Source: Vitrella brassicaformis CCMP3155
Taxonomy: Eukaryota > Protista > Chromerida
Length of the DNA stretch: 64,000 nucleotides
Direction of reading: 5' to 3'
NCBI GenBank assembly: GCA_001179505.1
Contig: CDMY01000375.1
Location: 1-64,000 of the forward strand
A program made the translations under genes and the position numbers. Under the pieces are notes generated by a model that searched no databases, was not told the origin of the DNA, and saw only the letters and a list, made by a program, of their open reading frames with translations. Positions 12,525 to 25,126 of the stretch are shown in pieces (position 1 is the first letter of the stretch; each line of letters begins with the position of its first letter).

Positions 12525-13978
12525 CTAGCAGACGGTCATGGATTTGTCGCCGATTTTGGCTGCCTTTTCGCTGTAGTCGGTGGACTTCTTCTCGAGCTTC
12601 TCAGCCGTGATGTTGTTCAGCGGCGCTATCGGGAGATCCTAGACACACACACACACACAGATGTACACGCAGAGACCAGATTGATGTGACGTCAGTTGGT
12701 GTGTCATGTCATGCCGCCTTTTGTGCGGTGGGGTATGTGACGCACCTCTGGATTGGACTGGAAGAATGATCTCAGCTCGAAGTAATACTTGGCATAGGTG
12801 CTGGGCTTGACGATAACCTGACGATCCAATGCATTGACAACACACACACACACAGACAATGATGGAAGTGCTCATGCACTACGACACATACGAGAGAGCG
12901 AAGCCATCTCTGCTCTGCATGTCTGTGTGTGCCCACCTGGTACTGCAGGAGTTTGACGAACTTGATCTCCATGTTGTTGATCTCGTCCAGCGTGAAGAAC
13001 GGGTAAATGTACGCAAAATCGCTGTTGCCCAGGTACTTGTCGTCCCAAACCTGGGCACACACCGCACCCACACGCACACACAGATCGACACACACGGTCC
13101 AATGACACACAATCGATCGATACGTGCCGTCACTTGGCCAGGCACCTTTTGTGCGACGATGAGTGAGATGAACACCAGCGGTCTCCAGTTGCCAAAGTGC
13201 AGAGGCAGTCCTGCAAAGACAGACGCATCAGACGCACACAGACCACACACACAACCACTTTCGCCTTCCCTGGCCGCGCCAGTCAGTCAGTCAATGATCG
13301 ATCCCCTTCATTCATTTTGCCCACCCCACCCAGCAACCACTACCCCGACCTGAGAAGGCGATGAGTCTGTTGATGTAGAGGAGCGAGAGGACGTTGCACT
13401 CCGGGCTGTACTCGGCGCACTCGTACAGCGCCGTGATGAACTTCTCGATGTCCTCTGCCGAGGGTTTCTTGGTGAATTTCTCCAGGAGGGTGCCCTTGAG
13501 CATCCGCTGCTTCTCCTTCAAATACGTCTCCTCGTCAAACACAAACCTGGGCAGTCACAGTCACAACACACACACACACACACAGATAGACAGACAGACA
13601 GACAGACAGACACAGATACACAGACACAGACAGAGAGAGAGAGAGAGAGACTGACTCAGTGTGTGCCTTTCTTTGTTTCTTTCTTTCTGCCTGCCTGTCT
13701 GTCTTGGGCCTGTCAGTCATTTCATTCACACTCACTCACGGACTCACTGACTCACTGACTGACTGACTGACTGACCAGTCTTCATCCTGCTTCATTTTGT
13801 GTACGAGTGAGGCGTCCTCCTCAATCTGGTCCAGGAGAATGTAGCTGATGGCGCGGATGAGCTTCTGCATATTGGGCCGGGTGATGGTGCTCGTCACCAG
13901 CATGTTGCCGTCAGTCTGGGCCAGCCGGTCCTCATCGTCCTTGGTGCTGCTGCTTGCCTGAGCCGCTGCTGTCGCCAT
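12525..13978 (-). CDS. Cyclin Y-like cyclin
   Basis: Spliced: IEKFITALYECAEYSPECNVLSLLYINRLIAF|...NWRPLVFISLIVAQKVWDDKYLGNSDFAYIYPFFTLDEINNMEIKFVKLLQY...KPSTYAKYYFELRS. The WDD box and YAKYYFxLRS tail match cyclin Y-family motifs. Confidence 0.87.
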
Positions 13979-14369
13979 CGTCTCACGCACTGTCAGTCAG
14001 GAGAGTCTGAGAGAGAGGAGGGGGCCGGAACTCTTTCGCTGCCAACCGACAACAGCACACACAATCGACACAACACAAGAAGAGCAGTGTGGCCCTGTGA
14101 CGCGCTGGTGTCCTGCCTGTCCTCCCTCCTGCCAACGTGCAGCTCTCACCTCGTGTGTGGTGCTGGCACCTTCTTTGTCAACAATTTTCTCTCGACCACC
14201 CCTTCCTCAGTGCCTCCCGACGCTCAGGAAAGCCCTCAAGCCAAAGGAGGACAGAGCCACTCGAATGCGAGCTTAGCTCGAAGGGCGCTGTAAGCGTCTG
14301 GCGCATTCTTCCGTCGGTACAGAGCCCATTACAGCCGAGGAGTATCGCGCAACTTGCCGCCTCGTCGCC

Positions 14370-17300
14370 ATGGCAACAAAAACGGCGCAGCCTTATGGCA
14401 AGCGTCTGTCGATGGTCATACCTCGCCAAGGTGAGCAGCCAACATGTCCTATACACCTGCCTGCCTGCCTGCCTGCCGGCCGGCAAAAACACACAGAGAG
14501 AGATTTGGGAAACGGGCACGCATAAGTGGACGGACTGGCGGTGTGCTGGTGGCCGGTTGGGTTGTGTTGTCAGTGCTGTATCTGGAGCGGCCCTTTTCGC
14601 AGAAGCTCAATCGGGACTCCATCTGGCACTTCAGGCAAAACTACCGCTCGTTCAGGTCAGTGAGTGGGTGGGTGCAGTGCACTCAAGGCAGGCACAGCAC
14701 GGGCAGCCCAGCCAGTATGTATGTTATGTGTACACACAACACAACCATTTATTGTGTGCGTATCTATTGTATAGGTGTGGGATGCCCCACGGTGCCAAGG
14801 GCGAGGCCGACGAGGCGTTTGAGCGTGCCGTGTCCAACCCCCCCGACACACTGCCCGACGCCGTCTTCGAAGTGGAGGCCTCGCCCAAACACTACAACGG
14901 AGATGGTATGGTACACACAACACACAACACACCCCACGTCAAAGGCAGCGCGCACCCCAGCACAGTCGGCTTTGGACTGTGTGTGTTGTGTTGTGGTGTG
15001 TGTGGTGTCATGAGTGTACATACTGCAGTGACGCCCAGCACTGGGAAGCGTCTGTCATCTGCCTACAAGGAAGAGTGGGAGCACGTCGAGAGCAACGACA
15101 CCAACCTCGCCAAAATAATCAACGTACACACACACACACACACACGCGAGCGCGCGCGCGCGCGTACTCACACATGAAGATACCCATACCCACCCGCCGC
15201 CCCCGTCCATTCTCTCGTCTGTTGATGCGATGCGATGCGATGCGATGCGATGCGATGCGTGCAGTCGATAGCCGAGTTCCGCATCGGCTACCGCCGCTTC
15301 CGCAAGGGCGAGGCCAAGGGTGCGCAGCGCCACATGGGCGACATCACGCGGGACATCAAGCGAGAGCACCTCCGTGTGCTGCCCGTGGCGCAGCTCAAGC
15401 AGCTCCAGCTGCAGCTCTCGGAGATGCGCAAGCCGTCGGAAGAGCGCATCATGCCCAAGGGCTTCCTGCCCACCGCATTTCACGTTCACTTCGGCGCAGG
15501 CAAACTCGGACTCGGTATTAAGATGACTGACTACACAGAGATGGATGGATGGATGGTCTTTTCTCTCTCTCTCTTTCTCTGTCTGTGTGTGTGTGCAGGT
15601 TTGATATCGACGGCGTTGGCAGGGAGTGGACAGCCGTTTGCCATAGTGGATCCCCCGCTGGATGCGTGGAAGGAGCTGCTCGAGAGCAAGTCGCCCACCA
15701 CAGATGTCATCGTCAACGGCACCAAAATCACACAGCTCCAAGTGTAAGCAACCACATCACGGCCACACTCACACCACACAGCCGCACACCACACAGCCAT
15801 CCCCCTATCTCCCTCTCTCTCTCTCTCTCTCTCTGTGTGTGGGTGGGTGAATGTGTCAGGCTCCGTCCGGGTGACCCCCTCCCCTCTCTGCCCATCGCCC
15901 CCGGGCAGCATGGCGGCTCCACCCCTCTGCGGCTGTTCGTGTGCTCGTCCGACGACGCCACGCTGGCCACGCTGATCAAGGCCGCCACGTCAATGAGCAC
16001 CTCGGTGGGCCCCGCGCTGCCCATGATCGGTGACCGCATCAGCGGCGTACTCAGCGACCCGCCCAAAGACCACCACAGACTTCCCACGCTGTTCGGATGC
16101 GAGAATGACCACAAAGCTGGTGGGTGTGCTGTGTTGATGAGATGAGGGCAAAGGGGGGATATATGGCCGGGTGGGGGGGACCGGATGTGTGGTGTGGTGT
16201 GGTGTCTTGTGTGTTTGTTTGTCAGTTGATCGGTTGGCGAATTCGTTGGCGGGCCGTGTGGATGTGGTTTGCTGCATGGTGGACCGCATTTGCACGGGCA
16301 GAGAGCTCACGCCCACTGAGATCCGCATCACCACCGAACCTGACCCCGGTAAGCAACACCCTCCCGCCAACACACAGACACAGAGGAAGGAGGACATCCT
16401 TATAATATGTATGGCCTCATTCCTCTGCGTGTGTGTGTGTGTGTGTGTCAGGTGCGATTGTCGTCATGACGCCCCCCGAGCCGCCCGCGTACGCACCGGC
16501 CTTTGGCGGCGAGTGCTTCACGCTGCCGTTGGTGGAGGCCGAGGCACACTACTTCGCAAACCGCAAAATCACCATCGTCAACGGTACGTACGTATGTGTC
16601 TCTGTCTGTATGGGTGTGTGGCTGGTCCTGAGGCAGAGGTGATGCCCTCATATCTCCCTTTGTGTGTGTGTGTTGTGTGTCTGTGTACAGGAATGCACAC
16701 GACGCTGGCCTTCATGACGCTGTGCATCATGCAGAAGGACGACGAGCCACGTGAGCTGAGCAGACAGACACACACACACACAGACAGACCAGCACTCATC
16801 AATCCATCTGGCCATGTGCGTTGTCGCTGCAGGCAGCCACGAGTTGCTGACGACGGCCACTCTGCCGGACGACAAGCAGCGGGAGGTCTGGGCGTGGGCC
16901 GTCGCCAGAGTGCTCATGATCCTCTGGCAACACGACACACACATCATCAAGGTAACGTAACCCTCACACGCACACACGCACACACACACGCGTGGAAAGA
17001 CGCCTTCTCCCGGTGTCCTTGTGTGTGTGTGTGTGTGCAGCATGCGCACTGCATGAATGACGACATCGAGCTGGCCCGTCTGCTGCTGGGGTATGCGCGC
17101 CGGACGCTGAACCGGTTCGCCACCATCAGCGACACCACCGGCCGCATTCTGTCGGGGGGCGTCACCAACCGATACCAAACACGACTGCAGCCCGTCGACA
17201 AGTTTCTCATGAGCCAGTAACTACACACATAGACACAGACTGGGGCAGAGAGAGAGAGTCGGTCTTGTGTGTGTGTGTGTGCTGGCAGTGAGGTGGGTGA

Positions 17301-17651
17301 GGTGCCTCTCGGGAAGATTGTGCTCAAGTGAGACAGACTGAGACCGGCAGACACACTCGGTGATGTTCGGCTATCTCCCTATCTATCTGTGTCTGTGTGT
17401 GTGGTGTCATGTATTGTATGGGTGCATCGACCGCACCAGGGAGGCGGAGCTGACGGAGGGGTTTCTGCTGCGGGCCGTCCGGCGACTCGTCGAGGATGCT
17501 TACAGGTGGGTGTGAAGCAACGGGTGTGTCCACTGTACACATGCACCATCTGCGCAACTCCTATAGAGGGCTCCCACGCATCACTGTCTGTGTCGTGTCT
17601 GTCAGGTTCACTGGTCTGGGCACCACGGCGGCAGCCAGCCACGCCATGTGA
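14370..17651 (+). CDS. Mannitol-1-phosphate 5-dehydrogenase-like (MtlD family) with ~200-aa N-terminal extension
   Basis: VHFGAGKLGLGL (Rossmann motif; MtlD has HFGAGNIGRG), STSVGP, LFGCEND, CMVDRIC and FANRKITIVNGMHTTLAF (MtlD ERKLFTLNTGH). Three further phase-consistent exons extend the CDS past the ORF-track stop at 17220 to TGA at 17649-17651. Confidence 0.8.
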
Positions 17652-19190
17652 GGCTGCTTGCCAACCACACCACACTGAGACCGCCAGCAGACAGACAGAC
17701 AGACAGACAGAGAGGCCGGTTTAATTTTGTTTGTTGGGTGTCTGTCTGCCCACCTGACTGACCATGACAATGGGAGCACTTCTGAGGTCTTTCTAGCTTC
17801 GTTCTCCTGCTGCTGTCTACCGTGCGGTGTGTGTGTTTGGGGCCTGGTGTCGTTGTCCTTGGTGACCGTCGGGAACTGCACAGAGGGCCAATCCACCCTT
17901 TTGCGGTTCCGGACGATAACCGTGGCCGACGATGGAAGGACCCAAACACCTTTCGCGCCTTCCATTCCTTGTCCATTTCGTGTCTCGTGTGGCTGTGTAT
18001 GTATGTATGCGTGTGTGCTGTACGTGGCAGTACCCACCTCGGCTTGGCTGGCGGTCATGATGGTCACCCGGGCGCACAAGACACGTGTGTGCGTGGGTTT
18101 CCAATGTGGCTGGCGGCGTAAGCCGAGGGGGTAGTGGACGGACGGACCTGTGGCTGATGCACACAAAGTGCGTTGTGACGTCTTGTGCTGTGTAGGAGTG
18201 AGTGGCGGTTTTGTTTGCGTGTGTGTGTGTGTGTCTGAGAGAGAGAGAGAGGGGGAGAGAGAGAGAGAGGGAGAGAGGGAGAGAGAGGGACATAGATACA
18301 CGAGAGTGTGTGTGCACATGTATGTATGTATCGCTGTATTAATTGTATTCTGACTGCTATTGCAGTGCACTGCCTGAGAGGGAGGAATTTTCCGTCCAAT
18401 TCAGTCAGGGATGGGATGCACACACGGAGAGAGAGGAGAGAGGAGAGAGCAGTGACCTTCCGGCCTTCACCTGTCTGTGAGAGGTTTAAGTGGATAGATG
18501 GGCGAACAATGATGAATCAGTGACCCTCACACAACACACCCCTCCCCTCCCTCCCTCCCTCCCTCCCTCTCTCACTCTCTCTCTCGCCCCCTTATTCATC
18601 TGTCTGTTTTGTTGGGTCGATTGGTTCTGTTGGCACCCCACTCACTCACCCTCCCTCCCTCATGATCAGTGGTGTGTACTTTTCGCGTTATCAGTCGCAG
18701 CTAGTAGGGGACAGACACATGTCATGAGGCATCCGATCCATCTGCCGGGTGTGAAATTGATGTACATTTTGTATTTCTGTGTGTGTGGCATACGTGTGTG
18801 TGCGATCAAGGACGGATCACTGATGGGATGGACGTGAAATGAAAACCTGCGTCGATGGCGCCCACCCCACCACATTGGTGCGTCTTTTGCACAACTAACG
18901 CTGCACGTGTCGGTCCTGCAGGCAACGATGTGTATAATGTTGACATACATAATCGCCGACATGCATCCTGTCGTCAGTGGCGGGATTGACTGAGGCAGGC
19001 CATCGTCACGTCAGAAGGTTAGAGGTGAGTGACCGCTCATTCGGCGGGGAGAGAGACGTAATTGACCGACTCGACCTGGCCAGGAGACGTAATCGACTGG
19101 CCAGATGAGAATGAGCGAATGAATGTCCGTCCCACCCGCCATGCCATGCCGGCCCTTCAGTGTCCCGATAAGCCAGTCCATTATCACAAA

Positions 19191-19303
19191 TCAACTGCCG
19201 GCTCATCTTGTTCTCGACAAACAAATCCACTGCAGAGTTTGCCTTTCCCTGACAAATCTTGCAGTGGATGTGTTCGTCAAGGCCAAGATGAGCCGGCAGT
19301 TGA
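19191..19303. repeat. Long imperfect inverted repeat (hairpin) with perfect 20-bp outer arms
   Basis: tcaactgccggctcatcttg (19191-19210) is the reverse complement of caagatgagccggcagttga (19284-19303). The inner arms continue pairing (atccactgca / tgcagtggat) around a loop of about 11 nt. Confidence 0.92.
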
Positions 19304-20808
19304 GATGATCAGTCAAACATACACACGTACTCATCTACATAGCGGCAGGGATCGAATGGGCGGCAGCATACACCGGCTGCCGTCGGTACTCGTGGCACTC
19401 ATACACAGACACACACACACACACAGGAAGACAGGGCCAACCACAACCAACCACGGCACATGCCATTCCCCCAAACCCTCCCTCCCTCCCTCCCTCCCTC
19501 AAACACACACACACACGAAGACACACACCTGCTTACACGGATCCGCCCGCCACCGTGTGAATAAGTGTAGATGCCGTCCATCCATTCATTCAAAGGCTGG
19601 AAAACGCGGAAACGCAGCATGACCCTAGCGCCTAGCTATCCTCCGTCTGTCTGTGTCTGGGGGTGGATGGGTGTGGTGTGTGGGTGTGGGTGTGCCGCGG
19701 TCATGTCTGTCATGCAGTGGCATTCATTCGTCATGTATCCATCGCATCAGGTACGTATCAGGTACGTACGTGTACACGCATGTGTCTGTCTGTCTGTCTG
19801 TCTGCAAAACTCACTCTCTGTCTGTCTCACTCACTCGTTGTCTGGAAAACCATAGCACACCCACACACGGCACTCAGACACGCGCTCGCTCGCTCACTGC
19901 AAAAAGAACGCCGCCGAACCCGACCCGACGACCCGATCCGTCGGATTCATTCATTCATTCAGCAAAAATGTCACGAAGATTGCCTGGAGGGAGGGAAGGC
20001 ACCCCCTCCCTCCCTCCCTCCATCCCTCCCTGCACTGCACGCACCCTTACAGGCATGCATTTGGGCCCTTTGCCTCTGTCTGCGTCTGTCTGTCTGTCTG
20101 TCTGTGAGTGAGTGAGTGATTGCTGTGTTTGTGCAATGGTGTTCGGCTCCCATGACAGGTCAGCTTCGGGACCATCACAGGACGACACCACACACTGCAG
20201 GCAGGCAGGCAGGCAGGCAGACAGGCAGACAGGCAGAAAGGCAGACACACAATACATACCATCCCTCCCTCCCTCCCTACACTCGCCCAGCCCACCCACG
20301 TGCACACACAGTCGACTTATCAATCATACAGTGCTTGCAAGGAAGGAATGGAAGCCCGCTCCCTACCATGCATGCCACCATCCTCGCTTAAAGCATCGGT
20401 GGGATGAATGCAGTGATTGATGCGATGAATAGATTAGATGTGTGGATGCGTGTCGGTCGACGAAAAGAGAAACGGCTCTGGTCCTGGTCTTGGGAGCTCA
20501 CGCAGTGATGTGACATGGCAGCCACTGGACACACACTCGCTCGGTCGCTCTCACGCGGCGCATCCACCTTTTCCCCTCTTGCCCCCCGCCCGATACGCAC
20601 TGACATCCCACCCCTCAAACCATCATTGCATTCGACGGGTCGCTCCTTGCTCCCTCCCTGTCTGTCTGTCTGACCGTAGAGAAACCACCACCCCACCCCA
20701 CTCACCCCCGCCATCACCATCACAAAGACAAGACCATCACACGAGAGTGTGTGTGTGCGTCAGAGTCCCTCCCCCCTCAGCTCAGCTCAGCTACTTATAG
20801 ATAGATAG

Positions 20809-23800
20809 CTATCGTCCCCTGTTGGCCCCTCCCCTGTGCACCTGCCGCTGCACGCGCTTCCTCACAGCATGGTCCAAAGAGGGCGTCGGCCGATGCGTGC
20901 TCAGACCCAATCCCAGCCCCGACACTGACGAACACGACTCGCCCCCCTCCTGGTACTCGCCGTCCGCCCTCAGAACCAATATCGACTCGTATCCTCCCGA
21001 GAAAGACAACCCCCCAGATCCGCTCGGCTCAAAAGTGGTGTTGGTGGTGGTGGGCGGCACACTAGTCGACGGCATGACCACCGACGAGAAACCGCTGTCG
21101 GCCGATTCGAATGACGGGAAGAAGGTGGATCCGGTGCTGCTGCTGCTGCTGTTGGGGGCGGGAGAAGCCGACGGAGGCGGGGAGGGCCACTTGGGCTGCT
21201 GTTGCTGCTCCTGGGGGTACGGACGCACCACGTGTGAGTTGCTGCGCGAGAGGGGTATGGCGGGGGGCGGTGGGACATCGGATGACGGCGGCGTCGAGGG
21301 CGTCGTGTGCGGGTGCGCCGGCATCCGCCCTCCCTTCTTGCCCCGCTTCGCCGACGATGGCGCGCCGACCTGCTCAGCCTGTCGGATAGCAGAAGAATGG
21401 TGGCCCCGGGCAGCTGTGGGTGGGGGGATGACCCGAATCGATCCGCCGGTGCCATTGGGATTGGGAATGCTGCTCACAGGCCGTCTCGACGCATGGCTGA
21501 CATGTGACGACGACGCGGTGCCCGTGTGGGGCGGGGGCGGGGGCGGAGGGGGCGGAGGCGGGCGGAAAGCGGCGCTCGATCGGTCATCTGTCTCGCTGAT
21601 GTCCAGTTCGCTGAAGCCGGGTGGGGGCGAGACATGCCGCCGTTCTGCGCCCGTGTGGCTGACGGACCGCATGAAGCCCGATGACGCACCGACGTGTGGG
21701 TGCACGATGCCATTGTGATTGTTGTCTGGGGGCGGGGGCGGGGGCAGCGGCCGATCTGACGTCGTCCTCATGTGGGCATAGATCGATGGGCGGGCGTCAG
21801 GTGACGGTCTCCTGAAGAGTCCCACACCACCGTGCCCACTGCTCCGCTCGATGTGCGGCTGGAAGGGATGGGACGGCACCGAGAAATCCCCACGATGGCC
21901 ATCGACACTACTAGCTGATGGCGCCGCTGCTGCTGCTGCTGCTGGTGATGGTGCCGCTGCGTCATGCTCCTCCGATCTGAGCGAGTAGTTGGGCAGTGGC
22001 GGGGTAATTGGGCCTTTCTCCGTCTGCACCGAGAAAGGTGAAGATGACGAGAGAAACGGCGAGAGGGAGGAGCATGGCACGAAAACGGTGGACTGTGCTG
22101 TCGACTGAGACTGAGACTGGGGCTGCTGCTGCGGCTGGGGGGACGAGTATGAAGCCGTGTCCGCACAGGCATCCTGCTCACGCTGCTCTCGCCGATGCCG
22201 CCATAGATGGGAGAACCGGCTCTCGCCCGGAGTGTCGTCCTCATCTGCCTCATCTGGTTCGGAGGCCTTAATGTGAGCAGGGGGCGGCATGGCGATGGGC
22301 TGTGGTGCTGGTGGTGGTGTTGGTGTTGGTTGTGCTGCAGCGATGTGGTTGGTGAGGTCGAGCCAGGTGAGGATGGATGTGATGACACGCGGAGGGGGCG
22401 AGGAGGGGGTGCGCAGAAGGCTGCTGTCGACGTCAGTCTGACCACAAACAAACACCCAAGAGACCAGACCGTCTGTCTCTCCCCTCCCTCTGTGTGTGTG
22501 TATGCTCACATCACACACATACCAGCAGAGCAGCATCAGCGGCCTCCCCACTTCTGGCCCTCATCATGTGTTCGCACAGCTGCTTGTCGCTGCAGTAGCA
22601 GTCAGGGCAGCACATCGAGAAGCCCTGACCCGCCAGCCCGCCTCCCATCCCGTCGCCGCCATAGCCGTCCTCACTGCCCTCCTCATCGCCATCTCCCTCA
22701 CCCAGGCCCAGCCCATCATCGCCACAATAGCCGTTGAGGTAGGCCATGTCGCCATCTATCAGGTCCACCCCGCTGCCCAGCATCGACAGCCGCACCGAGT
22801 GTGGCAGCGACAGATGCGGCACGGCCGGAGATGACGCTGGCTCCTCAACCACTGTTCCCACACCACCACCCACACCCTCCGCCCCCTCCTCTGCAAGCTT
22901 CTCCCTGCTTTTGCTCCGCCTCCGCGCCCGCCAGACCTTTCTGGGCTCCTCGCTGGTCATGTGGTCTGCCGCGAGAGGCGGCGTCTGGCGTGGTGTGAAG
23001 GCTCGGGGTGTGGACGGGGTTACATTGGCGTTGCCGGATGTGGGGAAGGATGGCATGGTGGACTCAGAGGGGTCGGGTGACGCGTGGGGTGCCTGAGGGT
23101 GCTGCTGCTGCTGCTGGTGCTGGTGCTGCTGCATGAGTGGGGGCTGGCTGGTGGAGTGTGTGTGTGGTGCCGCATCGGGGAAGTAGGTACGGAGGAAGCG
23201 ATTGAGGATGCCGTCTACGCGATAGGTGTCGGGGTCAAGGCTGAAAAAGACACACACACACACAGCCAGACGGGGCGGGGCGGGAAGTAAGGACAGTGAG
23301 TGCATTGAACAGACAGACAATGGTGTGTTGGGATGGCATGTATGGAATCCCTCCCTCCCTCCTTACTTGGTGACCCTTTTGCAGACGGGGCATGATTCGA
23401 ACAGCAGGTTGTTGGCCTTGGCGTTGGCATATGACGTCGCCAGACAGTTCCAACCTGATAGACAGACACATCAATCAATGGACCACAGAAACCTCTGTGA
23501 GTGTGAGTGTGTGTATTGGGTGCCCATTACAGAATCTGTGTGCGCATGCGGAAAGCGATACGGGGTCGGTGAGGGCGCAAGTGCAGATGGGGCACAGCAG
23601 CCTCTCGCGCGCCGGGGGCTTCTCCAGCACCATACCCATGAACTCGTCACTCAAACGGTCCAAACTGCTCACCTAGGGCGACACACACGACACAGCGCAC
23701 AGATCAAAACACAAGGAGAGGGCAAGTCAGTCAGTCAAAGTGTGAGTGGTGGAGAACCTACCAGGTTGGGCAGTTCCGGCGATCTGTAGAAGTCTTGCCT

Positions 23801-24577
23801 CGACAGCGTCTTGGAGGCGCTCTCGTCATCTAGCTGACCAAACCGGGTGTGCTTCCGCCTACACACACAGATGTGATGTAAGCTGGTGGCTGGCTGGCCC
23901 CTCCATGCCATGGGCTCATTCGTTCCCGTGAGTGACGCACGCGACGCACGCACCTCTTTTTGGTGATTTTGACGACGGCAACGCTGTTCCACACCACATA
24001 CTGCCTGAGCTTCGCCAGCAGCTGGCCGGCCTTGGCGAAGTTCTCCATCAGCTGCCGAAACTCCTGGTAGTGCTCCATCTGCAACAGGTGGTCCAGCAGC
24101 CCCTCAAAGGTGCTCGGCATCACCCCCACCAAACCGCTCCCATTGCCATTCTCGCGATGATGAGAATAGGGTGCCAATGAGGCCGAGTGGCGGATGGATG
24201 CCAGGTGGCGGATGACGCGTGGGTGTGTCTTGAGGTATCTGAACTGGTCGTGGATGGCGTCGACGAGCGCCTTGACCTCGGCCAAGTGGCGGTGGAACGA
24301 GCAGTCGACTCGGCCCAGGTCGCAGAGCAGAATCTCGTTGAAGTGGTGGTTCTCCTGGATGGCCACATCCATGCTACTGGACACACACACACACACCACG
24401 CCACACATCATGCTTTCTTGAAGTGTTGCATAGTGTGGCCATCGTGGATGGCTCTGCTGACCCGTTGTGGATGGCTTCCTCCATGGCCCTGATTTTGCGT
24501 TTGAGCAGCTTGAAGTTGAGGTAGTGCTTCCCGCGGTTGGACTTGGCCTGCAGCCGAATCGACTTGCCGAACTTCAT
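20809..24577 (-). CDS. SPX-domain + C3HC4 RING protein (NLA/BAH1-like architecture) with long disordered C-terminus
   Basis: MKFGKSI...HYLNFKLLKRKI and WNSVAVVKITKK|RRK are SPX signatures. RING: CPICTCALTDPVSLSACAHRF|CWNC...SCPVC. A Pro/Ser-rich tail of about 570 aa follows (ORF 20809-22551). Confidence 0.86.
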
Positions 24578-25126
24578 CTCGAGGGACGAAACCACCCACC
24601 CACTCACTCACAGCGGAATAGACCGACGGTGAACCGAAGAGGGAGGAAGACGATTACACACACCAGATGGTGGTCAGGTCAGACAGAGCTGCGAACAGCA
24701 ACGCGGCGGGAGATCAGCAGGCGCCGTGAACCCACATCGATTCGATGCGCAGCTCCCATAGGTCTATGCGGTCGGTGCATGCAGTCCATGTGCCGGGGTG
24801 ACCTCCTGGCGTCACGCGGCGCCCTCCATCACGCCCGCCACCTCATGGGTCAGCCTCACGCCATGGAGAAGGCCGCCATGGCAGCTGGGACCCGACGTTA
24901 GTTGCCGAAGTGCTTGGAATAGCTCTTTTGGTTCTCCAGGCCGATGTTGCCGAGCTCGCAGGCGATCGCCGAGGGAGCGGTCTTATTTCTGAAGGTTTTC
25001 GCAACAGAAGCGGTGTGGAAGGTGCCGTGTGTCATATCCACTTTCAATTAGCGGCGTTCTGCGAGTCTCCCTTCCTCTCACCAAAACGGGCGGTGTTTCC
25101 CTCTGATTCGTTGTTTCTCTTGAAGG

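Noticed and set aside
17561-20800. Numerous 60-270 aa ORFs in the ORF track
   Set aside because: Translations are dominated by microsatellite-derived runs (HTHT, CVCV, SLSL, QTDR) and are not credible proteins.
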